Counted from the stretch's first letter, positions 29,442 to 39,001 are shown. The stretch: 64,000 nucleotides of DNA from an uncultured Clostridia bacterium (GCA_947632605.1 CANRPX010000001.1:116535-180534); one strand, 5' to 3'. Translations and numbers: made by a program. Notes: a model not told the origin generated them from the sequence alone.

Positions 29442-29453
29442 GAACATAAGTTT
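29442..29453. promoter_or_regulatory. LexA (Cheo) box-like site
   Basis: GAAC-ATAA-GTTT immediately after the -10. One mismatch to GAAC-N4-GTTC. Confidence 0.45.
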
Positions 29454-29484
29454 TACAAACAAATTTTTGTTAGGAGGAAATTAA

Positions 29485-30543
29485 ATGGGAGAGAATTCAG
29501 AGAAACGAAAGGCATTAGATGCTGCAATGAGTCAAATAGAAAAACAATTTGGAAAAGGTTCTGTAATGAAATTAGGAGATTATAAATCAATGAATGTTGA
29601 AGCAATTTCAACAGGAGCTTTAAATTTAGATATAGCTTTAGGAATTGGTGGTATACCAAGAGGAAGAATAGTAGAAATTTATGGACCAGAATCTTCTGGT
29701 AAAACAACACTTGCTTTACATGCTGTTGCAGAAGCTCAAAAATTAGGAGGAGAGGCAGCATTTATAGATGCAGAGCATGCATTAGATCCATCTTATGCAA
29801 AAAAGATAGGTGTTGATATAGACAATTTAATTGTTTCACAACCAGATACTGGTGAACAAGCTTTAGAAATAGCAGAAGCATTAATAAGAAGTGGAGCAAT
29901 AGATATAGTTGTTGTAGACTCAGTAGCTGCTTTAGTACCTAAAGCAGAAATAGATGGAGATATGGGTGATGCACATGTTGGATTACAAGCAAGATTAATG
30001 TCACAAGCTTTAAGAAAATTAGCAGGAACAATAAATAAAACAAATGCAATAATAATATTTATTAATCAATTAAGAGAAAAAGTTGGTGTAATGTTTGGAA
30101 ATCCAGAAACAACAGCTGGCGGTAGAGCTTTAAAATATTATGCATCTGTAAGAATGGATATAAGAAGAGTAGAATCTATAAAACAAGATGGAGAAGTAAT
30201 TGGAAATAGAACTAGAGTTAAAGTTGTAAAAAATAAAGTTGCTCCACCATTTAGAGAGGCAGAATTTGATATAATATATGGACAAGGTATATCTAAAGAA
30301 GGAACAGTTTTAGATTTAGCAGTAAGTCTAGATATTATAGAAAAAAGTGGATCTTGGTTTAGTTATAATGGAGAAAAAATTGCACAAGGTCGTGAAAATG
30401 TAAAAAAATATCTTTTAGATAATCCTAAATTTATGGAAGATATTGAGAAAAAGGTAAGAGATAACTTTAACAAAGCATTTGAAAATGCTCTAGTTGAAGA
30501 TGAAGAAACTGATACAGAAGAAGATAAAGAACCAGAAGAATAA
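29485..30543 (+). CDS. recA: Recombinase RecA
   Basis: GPESSGKTT Walker A and a full-length RecA pattern. Confidence 0.95.
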   Translation: MGENSEKRKALDAAMSQIEKQFGKGSVMKLGDYKSMNVEAISTGALNLDIALGIGGIPRGRIVEIYGPESSGKTTLALHAVAEAQKLGGEAAFIDAEHALDPSYAKKIGVDIDNLIVSQPDTGEQALEIAEALIRSGAIDIVVVDSVAALVPKAEIDGDMGDAHVGLQARLMSQALRKLAGTINKTNAIIIFINQLREKVGVMFGNPETTAGGRALKYYASVRMDIRRVESIKQDGEVIGNRTRVKVVKNKVAPPFREAEFDIIYGQGISKEGTVLDLAVSLDIIEKSGSWFSYNGEKIAQGRENVKKYLLDNPKFMEDIEKKVRDNFNKAFENALVEDEETDTEEDKEPEE

Positions 30544-30561
30544 TTTTATAAAATAAATTAG

Positions 30562-30598
30562 TTATGGGTTGAATAATTAAAAAATGTTCAACCCATAA
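30562..30598 (+). terminator. Hairpin terminator after recA
   Basis: ttatgggttgaa-N13-ttcaacccataa. Confidence 0.5.
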
Positions 30599-30635
30599 AT
30601 TTAATTTATAAAATAATTATATTTTAGGAGCAGTT

Positions 30636-30986
30636 ATGAAAGAAGAAATAAATTTAGAAGAAGAGTTTAATAAATTAGATGAAAATAGTCCATTGAGAAA
30701 ATTTCAAGAATATACAGAGAAAATGATAAAAGTAAGAGGTTTTGATAATGAAACACCCGAAGATGTAGTTCTTCTTTTAACAGAAGAGTTAGGAGAAGTA
30801 GCAAAAGAAGTTAGAAAATCTACTAGTATAAAAATGGATGTTAATAGTTCAAAAGAACAAAATCTAGATAAAGAAATTGCAGATCTTTTTAATATGCTTA
30901 TGTCTTTATGTGTAGTTACAAAAGTAGATTTATTTAATGCTTTTAAAAATAAAGAAGAAATAAATTTGAAAAGAAAGTGGAATTAA
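30636..30986 (+). CDS. MazG-like nucleotide pyrophosphohydrolase
   Basis: LTEELGEVAKEV and EIADLF helical motifs. 116 aa. Confidence 0.6.
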   Translation: MKEEINLEEEFNKLDENSPLRKFQEYTEKMIKVRGFDNETPEDVVLLLTEELGEVAKEVRKSTSIKMDVNSSKEQNLDKEIADLFNMLMSLCVVTKVDLFNAFKNKEEINLKRKWN

Positions 30987-30992
30987 ATTGTT

Positions 30993-31463
30993 ATGGAATA
31001 CATGAGCAAAGAGAAATTTGAAGAGGCAGAAAAACTAGATAAATTAAAAAATAAGATGCTAAAGTATATAATGTATAAAAAAAGAACAGAAGCAGAAGTA
31101 AGACAAAAGTTTTCAGAAGAAGATGAAAATATGCTTGAAGATAGTATAGAATACTTGAAAGAATTAAACTATATAAATGATAAAGAATATGTAGTAAGAG
31201 CAGTAAATGAATTTATGGCATTAAGAAATTTATCTATAAAAGAAATATCTTATAAAATTTTTCAAAAAGGTATAGAAAAAAATTTAATAGATGATTATAT
31301 TTGCAAAAATAAAGACATTATGTTAGAATATGAAATAGCTTCTGCAAAGGCTATTATACTAAAGAAACAGAGAGATTTAGAAGAACAAGAAATAAAAAAT
31401 TATTTATACAAAAAAGGCTATATGAGTGAAAGTATTAGTATAGCTTTTGATGATATAAAATAA
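30993..31463 (+). CDS. recX: Recombination regulator RecX
   Basis: Position after recA. Helical repeat protein with a YIMYKKRTEAEVRQK-type motif. Confidence 0.7.
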   Translation: MEYMSKEKFEEAEKLDKLKNKMLKYIMYKKRTEAEVRQKFSEEDENMLEDSIEYLKELNYINDKEYVVRAVNEFMALRNLSIKEISYKIFQKGIEKNLIDDYICKNKDIMLEYEIASAKAIILKKQRDLEEQEIKNYLYKKGYMSESISIAFDDIK

Positions 31464-31475
31464 AGTAGGTAATAT

Positions 31476-32234
31476 ATGAATAATAAAGTAATAACACTTG
31501 AATCAAAAAAATATGAATTAAAATTAGAAAATTTTGAAGGTCCATTAGACTTATTATGCTACTTAATAGATAAAAATAAAATGGATATTTATAAAGTAAA
31601 CATTTCTGATATTGCAGATCAATATATTAAATATTTAAAAGAACAAGAAGAATTAAATCTTGAAATTGCTAGTGAATTTTTAGTAATGGCATCAACATTA
31701 CTTCTAATAAAATCAAAAGGATTATTACCAAAAGAAATTGATGATGAAGCAGAAATAACAGAAGAAGAATTAATAAGAAGAATTATTGAATATAAGCAAT
31801 ATAAAGAAATTAGTAAAAAATTTAAAGAACAAATGGCAATATTTTCTGGAAGATTTTATAAAATGCCAGATAGAATTGAACTTCCAAAACAAGAATTAGA
31901 AAAAGAATTTTCTGCTGAAGATATAATAGAAAGATATAGATTATTAGTTCAGAAAAACGAAGAAAAGAGAAATAACGATGCAAAGAATATTGAGAAAATA
32001 GCCGTTTATGATACATTTTCTGTTGCAGATAAAGTAAAAGATATATTTAGAGAATTAATAAAAAGACCAAAATTTGTTTTTAGCAAATTATTTTCATTAA
32101 GAGAAAAACCAAAAGCAGAAGTTGTTACAGCTTTTTCAGGTGTATTAGAATTAAGTAGAAGAAATAAAATAACAGCAGAGCAAAAGGAATTATTTGGAGA
32201 CATAATTATTTCTAAAAGAAAAAAAGATAATTAA
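31476..32234 (+). CDS. scpA: Segregation and condensation protein A
   Basis: FEGPLDLLCYLI motif near the N-terminus. Confidence 0.8.
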   Translation: MNNKVITLESKKYELKLENFEGPLDLLCYLIDKNKMDIYKVNISDIADQYIKYLKEQEELNLEIASEFLVMASTLLLIKSKGLLPKEIDDEAEITEEELIRRIIEYKQYKEISKKFKEQMAIFSGRFYKMPDRIELPKQELEKEFSAEDIIERYRLLVQKNEEKRNNDAKNIEKIAVYDTFSVADKVKDIFRELIKRPKFVFSKLFSLREKPKAEVVTAFSGVLELSRRNKITAEQKELFGDIIISKRKKDN

Positions 32235-32242
32235 TTTTAAAA

Positions 32243-32270
32243 AGTATAAGAAAACTCTTATACTTTTTTT
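32243..32270 (+). terminator. Rho-independent terminator after scpA
   Basis: agtataaga-aaac-tcttatact followed by T7. Confidence 0.6.
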
Positions 32271-32279
32271 ATATAAAAA

Positions 32280-32308
32280 TTGATTTTATTTACATAATAT
32301 GTTACAAT
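32280..32308 (+). promoter_or_regulatory. Putative promoter of cassette F
   Basis: TTGATT, 17 nt, TACAAT. Confidence 0.45.
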
Positions 32309-32369
32309 TGAATATGTAACTAGTTGTTCTAAAAATGGCAGAATTGCCAATAAAGAAAGGGGAGTCTCT

Positions 32370-33767
32370 ATGAAGAGAACAGAGAAACGGTTACTTATCA
32401 ACAGTTGCTTAGCATTTATTATGATTTTGACTTTTTGCTTAGCAACCACCACAGCTTATGCTACTACCACCATTAGCAATATTAGTATTAAGGTGGAGAA
32501 AAATGACTGGGAGCAGACCAACAATCCGGGAATAACAGTTACCGGAACAGGTTACAAAATCTCAGATGAAAGCATAAGTTGGAGTAAAAATGTTTCTGAC
32601 TGTTATCCGTCAGAGCAAATAGTTGTGACGATGCAACTTGAAACTTTAGAGGGCTATTCATTTAAGGATACCTTGAAAAAAAGCTCTTTTAAGATAACGA
32701 ACGCAAGCATTGAAAGTTTTGAATATTCAGCTGGAAATATTTTACTTAGTCTCTCTTATGATGTTCGCGGTATCGCAAGCGAACCAGAAGACTTATATTG
32801 GGATGGTTCCAAAGCAAGATGGGATATGCCCGATGAATTGAGAGATAAAGTAAGATATGACGTGAAAATCGTTGGAAAAAATGGACGTAATTCCACTGTT
32901 GTTGCTGAAAATATTTCGGACCGGAAAGTAAATTTGTATGATTGGCTTGCATCAGATCCTTATTATTGGGAAGATTATGTTCGCTTTAGAGTAAGAGCAA
33001 TTCCCAAAACAAAATACGAGGGTTTGATAAAATCATCCAGTTATGCAGAATCAGAAGATTTTTCAGATTGGGACATAATAGCTTACAATTATGGAACTAG
33101 TCATAATTCTGGTAGTAACAATTATTTTCCGGAAGAAAATCCTAATTACAATCAGTGGTGGTGGGAGTCACCGTATCCATCGTATACTAGAACAGAAGGG
33201 TGGCAATACTTAAATGGAATTTGGTATTATATAAAGGATTCCAAGTATGTTACTAATAAGTTTTATGATGTCGATGGTGTAAGATATTATTTTGATAGTA
33301 CTGGTAGAATGGTAACTGGCTGGTACAAAATAAATAATGTCTGGTATCTATTTGATTCCTCAGGAGCTATGCTTAAAAATCGTTGGGTTTTCATCTCAAA
33401 TAATTGGTATTGGCTCCAATCCGACGGTAAAATGAAAACAGGCTGGTTTGACTGGGCTGGAAATACATACTACCTTAGACAATCTTCTGGTGAAATGCTT
33501 ACTGGATGGCAAATTATTAATGGTGTATGGTATTACTTTAGCTCAGAAAAAGGTGGTGCATTAGCAAGATCAACGGCTATTCCATCGGCAGATGGACGTT
33601 TCTGGTATTTTATAAGAGATGATGGTGCATTACAAACTGGCTGGATTGATCCAGATGGATATGGCTGGATGTATGTTGATCCAGAAACAGGTTGTTATCA
33701 AACAGGAGAAAAACAGATTGGTGGTATATGGCACAATTTCAACCAATTTGGAAGACTGGTTTGGTAA
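32370..33767 (+). CDS. Secreted protein with C-terminal cell-wall/choline-binding repeats (foreign cassette F)
   Basis: Signal peptide, unknown N-terminal half, then about nine ~20-aa repeats of the GW..ING.WYYF..SG.M.TGW type from 33198. G+C above the backbone (23/60 at 32521-32580). Confidence 0.75.
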   Translation: MKRTEKRLLINSCLAFIMILTFCLATTTAYATTTISNISIKVEKNDWEQTNNPGITVTGTGYKISDESISWSKNVSDCYPSEQIVVTMQLETLEGYSFKDTLKKSSFKITNASIESFEYSAGNILLSLSYDVRGIASEPEDLYWDGSKARWDMPDELRDKVRYDVKIVGKNGRNSTVVAENISDRKVNLYDWLASDPYYWEDYVRFRVRAIPKTKYEGLIKSSSYAESEDFSDWDIIAYNYGTSHNSGSNNYFPEENPNYNQWWWESPYPSYTRTEGWQYLNGIWYYIKDSKYVTNKFYDVDGVRYYFDSTGRMVTGWYKINNVWYLFDSSGAMLKNRWVFISNNWYWLQSDGKMKTGWFDWAGNTYYLRQSSGEMLTGWQIINGVWYYFSSEKGGALARSTAIPSADGRFWYFIRDDGALQTGWIDPDGYGWMYVDPETGCYQTGEKQIGGIWHNFNQFGRLVW

Positions 33768-33787
33768 AAAATATGTAATTAAAAAAA

Positions 33788-33812
33788 GGGCTTCGGAGTG
33801 TTTCCGGAGCCC
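33788..33812 (+). terminator. GC-rich hairpin after cassette F
   Basis: gggcttcgg-agtgttt-ccggagccc. The T-run is weak. Confidence 0.45.
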
Positions 33813-33886
33813 TTTCCCCATATAAAAATAAATGAATAAATATAAAAAATAAAAAGATAATAATAATTAATATAAGTAGGTGTGAT

Positions 33887-34498
33887 ATGTTTATAATTCT
33901 AATTATATCAATTGTTATTATTCTTTTTTCTATATTAATAGTAGGGTTAATTTATGCAGATATATTAATAGATGTAAAAAATTGCCATATTTTATATAGT
34001 GATACAAAATTTGATGTAGAAAAATTAGATATTATTATAAAAATTTGTATATTTAAATTTTTGAAAATAAAAATAAGTAAAAATGTAAAAATAGATATAT
34101 TAGAAAAAATTAAAAAAAATGAATATGATGAAAACACTGTAATTTCAATAATAAAACTATTAATAGACAGTAGTAGAAAAAAAGTAAGATTTAAAGATTT
34201 AAATCCAAAACTTGATTCATTAGATTTATGCTTATATTTTGGTACATCTAATCAAATGGTAACTACATTTTCTATACCGATTATATCAACAGTTCTATCT
34301 ATATATTTGAGTAAATTAGTATCAAATTATAGCAGAGAATTTTACAATTATAGAATTTTTCCTGAATATTCAAATAAAAATTACTTAAGTATAAATCTAA
34401 TAACAGAAATAAAATTTAAATTAATTAATTTATTATTTTTTGCTTTTAAAATGAAAAACATAAACAAAAAATTAATTTTTAAAAATGTTATTAAGTGA
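33887..34498 (+). CDS. DUF2953/YtfI-like membrane protein
   Basis: N-terminal TM helix. Position directly upstream of the GerW/YtfJ gene. Confidence 0.5.
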   Translation: MFIILIISIVIILFSILIVGLIYADILIDVKNCHILYSDTKFDVEKLDIIIKICIFKFLKIKISKNVKIDILEKIKKNEYDENTVISIIKLLIDSSRKKVRFKDLNPKLDSLDLCLYFGTSNQMVTTFSIPIISTVLSIYLSKLVSNYSREFYNYRIFPEYSNKNYLSINLITEIKFKLINLLFFAFKMKNINKKLIFKNVIK

Positions 34499-34575
34499 TA
34501 TTAAAAATTTTGCATAATAGATTTTTTTCTGGAAATAATATTATTACTAGTTTGAAAGAAAGAAGGAATAGAAAA

Positions 34576-35250
34576 ATGAGTGAACATCCGATAGAAGTTC
34601 TTATGGAAACAGCTATGAATAGTATTAAAGATATGGTTGATGTTAATACTATAATTGGAGAACCAATAGAAACAAAAAATGGTATGGTTATAATACCAAT
34701 TTCAAAAGTAAGCTTTGGATTTGCAGCAGGTGGTAGTGAATTTAAAGGTGAAACAATAGATGAATATAAGAAAAAAGATAAAGAAGAACAAGTTCAATAT
34801 AGACTTCCATTTGGTGGAGGAAGTGGTGCTGGAATTTCTATAAATCCAGTAGCATTTGTTATTGTATCAAAGGAATCTATAAAAGTTCTTCCAATTGAGC
34901 ACACATCTGCAATAGACAAGTTAATGGATTATGTTCCAGATTTAATGGAAAAAGCTAATATTATGGTAGATAAATCTATGAATGATATGGAAAATAATGA
35001 AAACAAAAATGAAAATTTTAATAATAATACAGTTAATAATGAAAATAACGAAAATAAAGAAAAGAAAACGAAAATAAAAAATCCATTAAATAATAAACAA
35101 AGTAAAAAGAATAAAATAAATTTAAATAATCAAAATAATCAAAATGGTCAAAATAATCAATCTGATTTTGATATTTCAAATATTGAAATAGAAGAAAATC
35201 CAGAAGATGAAGAAGTTGAAGAATATTTTGAAGAAGATGATGATGAATAA
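34576..35250 (+). CDS. ytfJ: GerW/YtfJ-family sporulation protein with an N/E/D-rich tail
   Basis: IGEPIETKNGMVIIPISKVSFGFAAGG and PFGGGSGAGISINPVAFVIV motifs. ATG at 34576 after AGAAGGAA. Confidence 0.8.
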   Translation: MSEHPIEVLMETAMNSIKDMVDVNTIIGEPIETKNGMVIIPISKVSFGFAAGGSEFKGETIDEYKKKDKEEQVQYRLPFGGGSGAGISINPVAFVIVSKESIKVLPIEHTSAIDKLMDYVPDLMEKANIMVDKSMNDMENNENKNENFNNNTVNNENNENKEKKTKIKNPLNNKQSKKNKINLNNQNNQNGQNNQSDFDISNIEIEENPEDEEVEEYFEEDDDE

Positions 35251-35255
35251 ATAAA

Positions 35256-35289
35256 AACTTGCAAGCTTTATTAGTTTGCAAGTTTTTTT
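35256..35289 (+). terminator. Rho-independent terminator
   Basis: aacttgcaa-N11-ttgcaagtt followed by a T-run. Confidence 0.6.
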
Positions 35290-35310
35290 AAAAATGAAAA
35301 TCTTTTAATA

Positions 35311-35346
35311 ATAAATAAAATAAATAAAATAAATAAAATAAATATT
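35311..35346. repeat. 9-bp tandem repeat (ataaataaa x3 plus a partial unit)
   Basis: Read directly from the sequence upstream of thyX. Confidence 0.6.
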
Positions 35347-35410
35347 ATTGAAGTATAAAAAAAATTATGATATAAAAAAGAAAATAATAGATGAGAAAGG
35401 AAATAATAAA

Positions 35411-36832
35411 ATGAAAATAGAGTTATTAGGTGGATGTGAAAAAAATGAATTAGAGAAAAGAATTCAAAATACAGCAGCTGCTGGAAAATTATCTAGATTT
35501 CCTGGTAATGTAATAGAAGTATTGGAAAGTTGTGATGATTACGAAAGTAATTTAAAATTAGTCAAAAGAATTATTAAAATGGGACATAAATCTATTATTG
35601 AACATGATTATTTAGTATTTGCTTTATGTGATGTAACACCTATTGTAGAACAAACTTTAATTGGGTATAGATTAACATCTTTTACAGTAAAATCAAGAAG
35701 AGAAGTTGATTTTAGAACAGTTGGTTTTTATGTTCCAGAATTTAGAAATAAAAATGGTGAAATTCATGAAAAAAATGAAGAACTAAAAAAAGAATACATA
35801 GAAGATATGAAAATGTTATTTAATACTTATGGAGAAATTGTAGATAGAGATGTAAAAGTTGAAGATGCAAGATTTATTTTACCTTATTCATATCATAGTA
35901 ACTTTATTATGGGAGTTAATGCAAGAGAGCTAGAGAGAATGGTTATTGCATTAAAATTTGGACATTTAAGTAAAATACCAGATTTAAAAGAAGTTGGAGA
36001 AGCTTTATATGATATTGTAAAAGAAAATGTGCCATATTTAGTTCCTAATATTAAAGGACAAGAAGAAAAATTAGAATCTGGATATGAATATTTAGAAAGT
36101 ATTGAGAAAAGGCCAGATATAAAAATTATAGAAAAAACTCAAATGATAAGCTATACTCCTAATGCTGATGATGTTGTATTAGAAAGTGCAATTATGTATC
36201 ATTATCAATGCTCAAAAGAAAAGGCAAAAGAAATTTTAAATGATATGGTAAAAAAGGATGAAAAAGCAAAAGAAAAAATGATGTATGAAATAATGCACAA
36301 AGAAGAAAGAAGAGAATTAGAACAAGTAAGTTTTAGTTTTCAAATTCCAATTTCTTTAGCTATTCTTACACATTTAACTCGTCATAGAATGCATTCATTA
36401 TTAGTTCCAGAATTTTTGCCAATGTGGGATATGAATAACTATATAACACCTGAATCTGTTAATGCAAAAGCAAAAGATATATATGATAAAGCAGTTAAAA
36501 AGAATATTGAAGTTAAAGAAAAATTTGAAAAATTAGGAGTTTATGAAGGAGATTTAGTATATTTCTATTTGAGTAATCAAATGCTTAATGTAGTAACAAC
36601 AATGAATGCTAGAAATACTCAATGGGTTTGTAGAATGCGTTGTTGTAATAAAGCACAATGGCAGATAAGATATATAGCAAAAGATATAGCTAAACAAGTA
36701 TCAAGTGTAGCGCCACTTATAGGAAAAGGATTAGGTTCAACTTGTGTTACTGATAGATATTGCGGTGAAGGTAGAGAATGCTGTGGATTAATAAATAGTT
36801 TATTAGAAGCAGATGAAAAAAATAAAAAATAA
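35411..36832 (+). CDS. thyX: FAD-dependent thymidylate synthase ThyX, unusually long form
   Basis: GHKSIIEH and LTRHRMHS (RHR motif). Cys-rich C-terminus. About 470 aa. Confidence 0.7.
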   Translation: MKIELLGGCEKNELEKRIQNTAAAGKLSRFPGNVIEVLESCDDYESNLKLVKRIIKMGHKSIIEHDYLVFALCDVTPIVEQTLIGYRLTSFTVKSRREVDFRTVGFYVPEFRNKNGEIHEKNEELKKEYIEDMKMLFNTYGEIVDRDVKVEDARFILPYSYHSNFIMGVNARELERMVIALKFGHLSKIPDLKEVGEALYDIVKENVPYLVPNIKGQEEKLESGYEYLESIEKRPDIKIIEKTQMISYTPNADDVVLESAIMYHYQCSKEKAKEILNDMVKKDEKAKEKMMYEIMHKEERRELEQVSFSFQIPISLAILTHLTRHRMHSLLVPEFLPMWDMNNYITPESVNAKAKDIYDKAVKKNIEVKEKFEKLGVYEGDLVYFYLSNQMLNVVTTMNARNTQWVCRMRCCNKAQWQIRYIAKDIAKQVSSVAPLIGKGLGSTCVTDRYCGEGRECCGLINSLLEADEKNKK

Positions 36833-36843
36833 AAGGAAATAAT

Positions 36844-37731
36844 ATGATTGATTTACATATACATACAAACCATTCTGATGGTACAGACACTGTTCAAGAA
36901 TTATTTGAAAAAGCAAATGCAAAAAATATTGAGATAATTTCTATAACAGATCATGATTCTGTTGATGCATATTTTGAATTAGAAAAAAATCTAGAGCTTA
37001 GAAAATTATATAATGGAAAAATAATAGTGGGTTCTGAAATCAAAACATCTTTTGAAAAAGTTCCAATAGAAATTTTAGCTTATGGAATAGATTACAAAAA
37101 AATAAAAATCCATAAAATTGATATGGATAAAATGCAAAAAGAAATTTTACAAAAGATGAAAATGGTTTGCAATGATTTAGGACTAAAATATGATGAAGAA
37201 AATACTTATATAGATAGAAAAGATAGCACAAAGCAATTTGGCGCTTTGGTTATGGGAACTGAACTATTAAAACATGAAGAAAACAGAGAAATTATAAGTA
37301 AAATTGGTGAATTTGAACCAAGTACTTTTTTTAGAGTTCATCAAAGTAATAGTGAAAGTCCATTTTATTTTGATGAAACAAATTTCTCAATTAATATAAA
37401 TGAATTAATTTCTGAAATCCATAAATCTGGTGGATTAGCATTTTTAGCACATGGTTTTGTATATCCATTTAAAAATAAAGTAGAAACAATTGAAAAAATA
37501 TTAACTACTACTGATATTGATGGAATGGAATGTATATATCCTATTTTCTCTAATGAAGAAAGAAAAATAATATTCGAGTTATGTAAAAAATATAATAAAT
37601 TTACATCTGGTGGAACAGACTATCATGCAAAAAATAAGCCTAATATCGATTTAGGAACAGGAATAAATAATAATATGCTTATAGAAAAAGAATTTATATC
37701 AAATTGGCTTCCAAAAGTAAAACTTATTTAG
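36844..37731 (+). CDS. PHP-domain phosphoesterase
   Basis: IDLHIHTNHSDG motif. Confidence 0.75.
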   Translation: MIDLHIHTNHSDGTDTVQELFEKANAKNIEIISITDHDSVDAYFELEKNLELRKLYNGKIIVGSEIKTSFEKVPIEILAYGIDYKKIKIHKIDMDKMQKEILQKMKMVCNDLGLKYDEENTYIDRKDSTKQFGALVMGTELLKHEENREIISKIGEFEPSTFFRVHQSNSESPFYFDETNFSININELISEIHKSGGLAFLAHGFVYPFKNKVETIEKILTTTDIDGMECIYPIFSNEERKIIFELCKKYNKFTSGGTDYHAKNKPNIDLGTGINNNMLIEKEFISNWLPKVKLI

Positions 37732-37737
37732 ATTTTA

Positions 37738-38802
37738 TTATCTTTCATCAGCTTCTTTAGCTCTACTTTTTTGAAAGCTATTATTTATTTCGGAAACACA
37801 ATTAATAGAGTCTTTTTTTAAAGGCTCTTTTTTTCTATAAAAATTAATTAATTGTTGTTTTAAATAATCTGAACTTCTAACAATGTTACTATTAAAAATT
37901 TCACGATGGGTTGCATCTCTTAAAATGATTGCAGATATATCAATTCCTAATTTTTTATAAAATTCAATAGAATTTTGAAATCTAGAATTCATTGTTTCGC
38001 CAAATAATTCCCTTTGACTTTTTCCAACTTCTTTTGGAGTAGAAAGACTGCGATAAGACATATCGTGCATTGGGGCAGGTATTTGAGTACTAGAAGTTAC
38101 TCTTTCTCCGTTTATATCATAAGAGCCTCCTTCTTTTTCTTCGTTTTGTGCAACATAATAACCAAATTGTATTTTTTTATAAGAATCTAAATCAAATTTT
38201 TTTCCAAATAATGTTTCATAATTTTTTATTCCAATCGGATAATCTAATTTTTCTGTTGGAATAGGAATAGTGCCAGCAGCACCGCCGATAAGACATCTAT
38301 CAATAATTTCTGGATAAATTAATGCAAATCTTTGTGCAAAAACACCAGAAGCAGAATAACCGTTTAAAAATATTTTGTCACTTAACTTTTTGCCAGTAAT
38401 CTCATGAACCTTAGCTTGAGCATCTTGAATACAAGTAAAGAATTTTTTATCAATGTGCTCATCAGTTACTGATTCTAATGATAATTGTTGTGTGTCTGGA
38501 TGATCTTTAAGGCAAGGAGTTATGGGTAAAAGAATAGGTGCATCTTCACAAACATCTAAAAGTTGAGCAAATTGATGATTATTTTTTACATCTAATGCTT
38601 GAGATATATTAAAAGCATAATAATTGGTTTCTTTACCATTTGAATTAAAACTTTCAACAACCATTTCTGCATTTTCATCGAAATTTTTAGGTATAGCTAA
38701 CAAATAGCATAGACCGCTACTACTTTTTTCAGCATATAAATCAAATTTTGTATTTCTATAATTTGAATAATCAGTTAAAATTAATCCCATAAAACTCTCC
38801 AT
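37738..38802 (-). CDS. Alpha/beta-hydrolase-like protein
   Basis: GYSASG nucleophile elbow. G+C slightly above the backbone (19/60 at 38281-38340). Confidence 0.5.
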   Translation of the reverse strand: MESFMGLILTDYSNYRNTKFDLYAEKSSSGLCYLLAIPKNFDENAEMVVESFNSNGKETNYYAFNISQALDVKNNHQFAQLLDVCEDAPILLPITPCLKDHPDTQQLSLESVTDEHIDKKFFTCIQDAQAKVHEITGKKLSDKIFLNGYSASGVFAQRFALIYPEIIDRCLIGGAAGTIPIPTEKLDYPIGIKNYETLFGKKFDLDSYKKIQFGYYVAQNEEKEGGSYDINGERVTSSTQIPAPMHDMSYRSLSTPKEVGKSQRELFGETMNSRFQNSIEFYKKLGIDISAIILRDATHREIFNSNIVRSSDYLKQQLINFYRKKEPLKKDSINCVSEINNSFQKSRAKEADER

Positions 38803-38869
38803 TTCACAAAATATAAAATATTATAACATAATATTTTAAAATAAACTAGTGCTTTTTGTCACAGTCAAA

Positions 38870-38891
38870 GCTTCTCTTGTTGGACTCGGAA
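38870..38891 (-). repeat. Duplicated fragment of the tRNA-Asn 3' end
   Basis: gcttctcttgttggactcggaa versus the tRNA sequence gctcctcttgttggactcgaa (39004-39024). A 15-nt core is identical. Confidence 0.5.
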
Positions 38892-39001
38892 AGCCACATT
38901 GGAAAAATAGTCTATCAAATTATTTTCTAATCTTTCTTTTCAAATTCTTCAAGTTAAAATGCAAAATAAAAAAGCCCATTTTATATGGACTTTTTTTACT
39001 T

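Noticed and set aside
1900-33830. Classical mobile elements (IS, prophage, ICE, integron cassettes) as carriers of the GC-shifted genes.
   Set aside because: There is no transposase, integrase, recombinase, terminal inverted repeat, target-site duplication or attC-like site at any of the six loci. For that reason they are reported as unexplained cassettes rather than annotated as mobile elements.
35311-35346. Short tandem repeats (here, and the tctttaaaa-type repeats at about 39240-39300) as possible CRISPR or regulatory arrays.
   Set aside because: The units are 9-20 bp, AT-only, contiguous without spacers and few in number. This is simple-sequence slippage in AT-rich intergenic DNA, not a CRISPR array.
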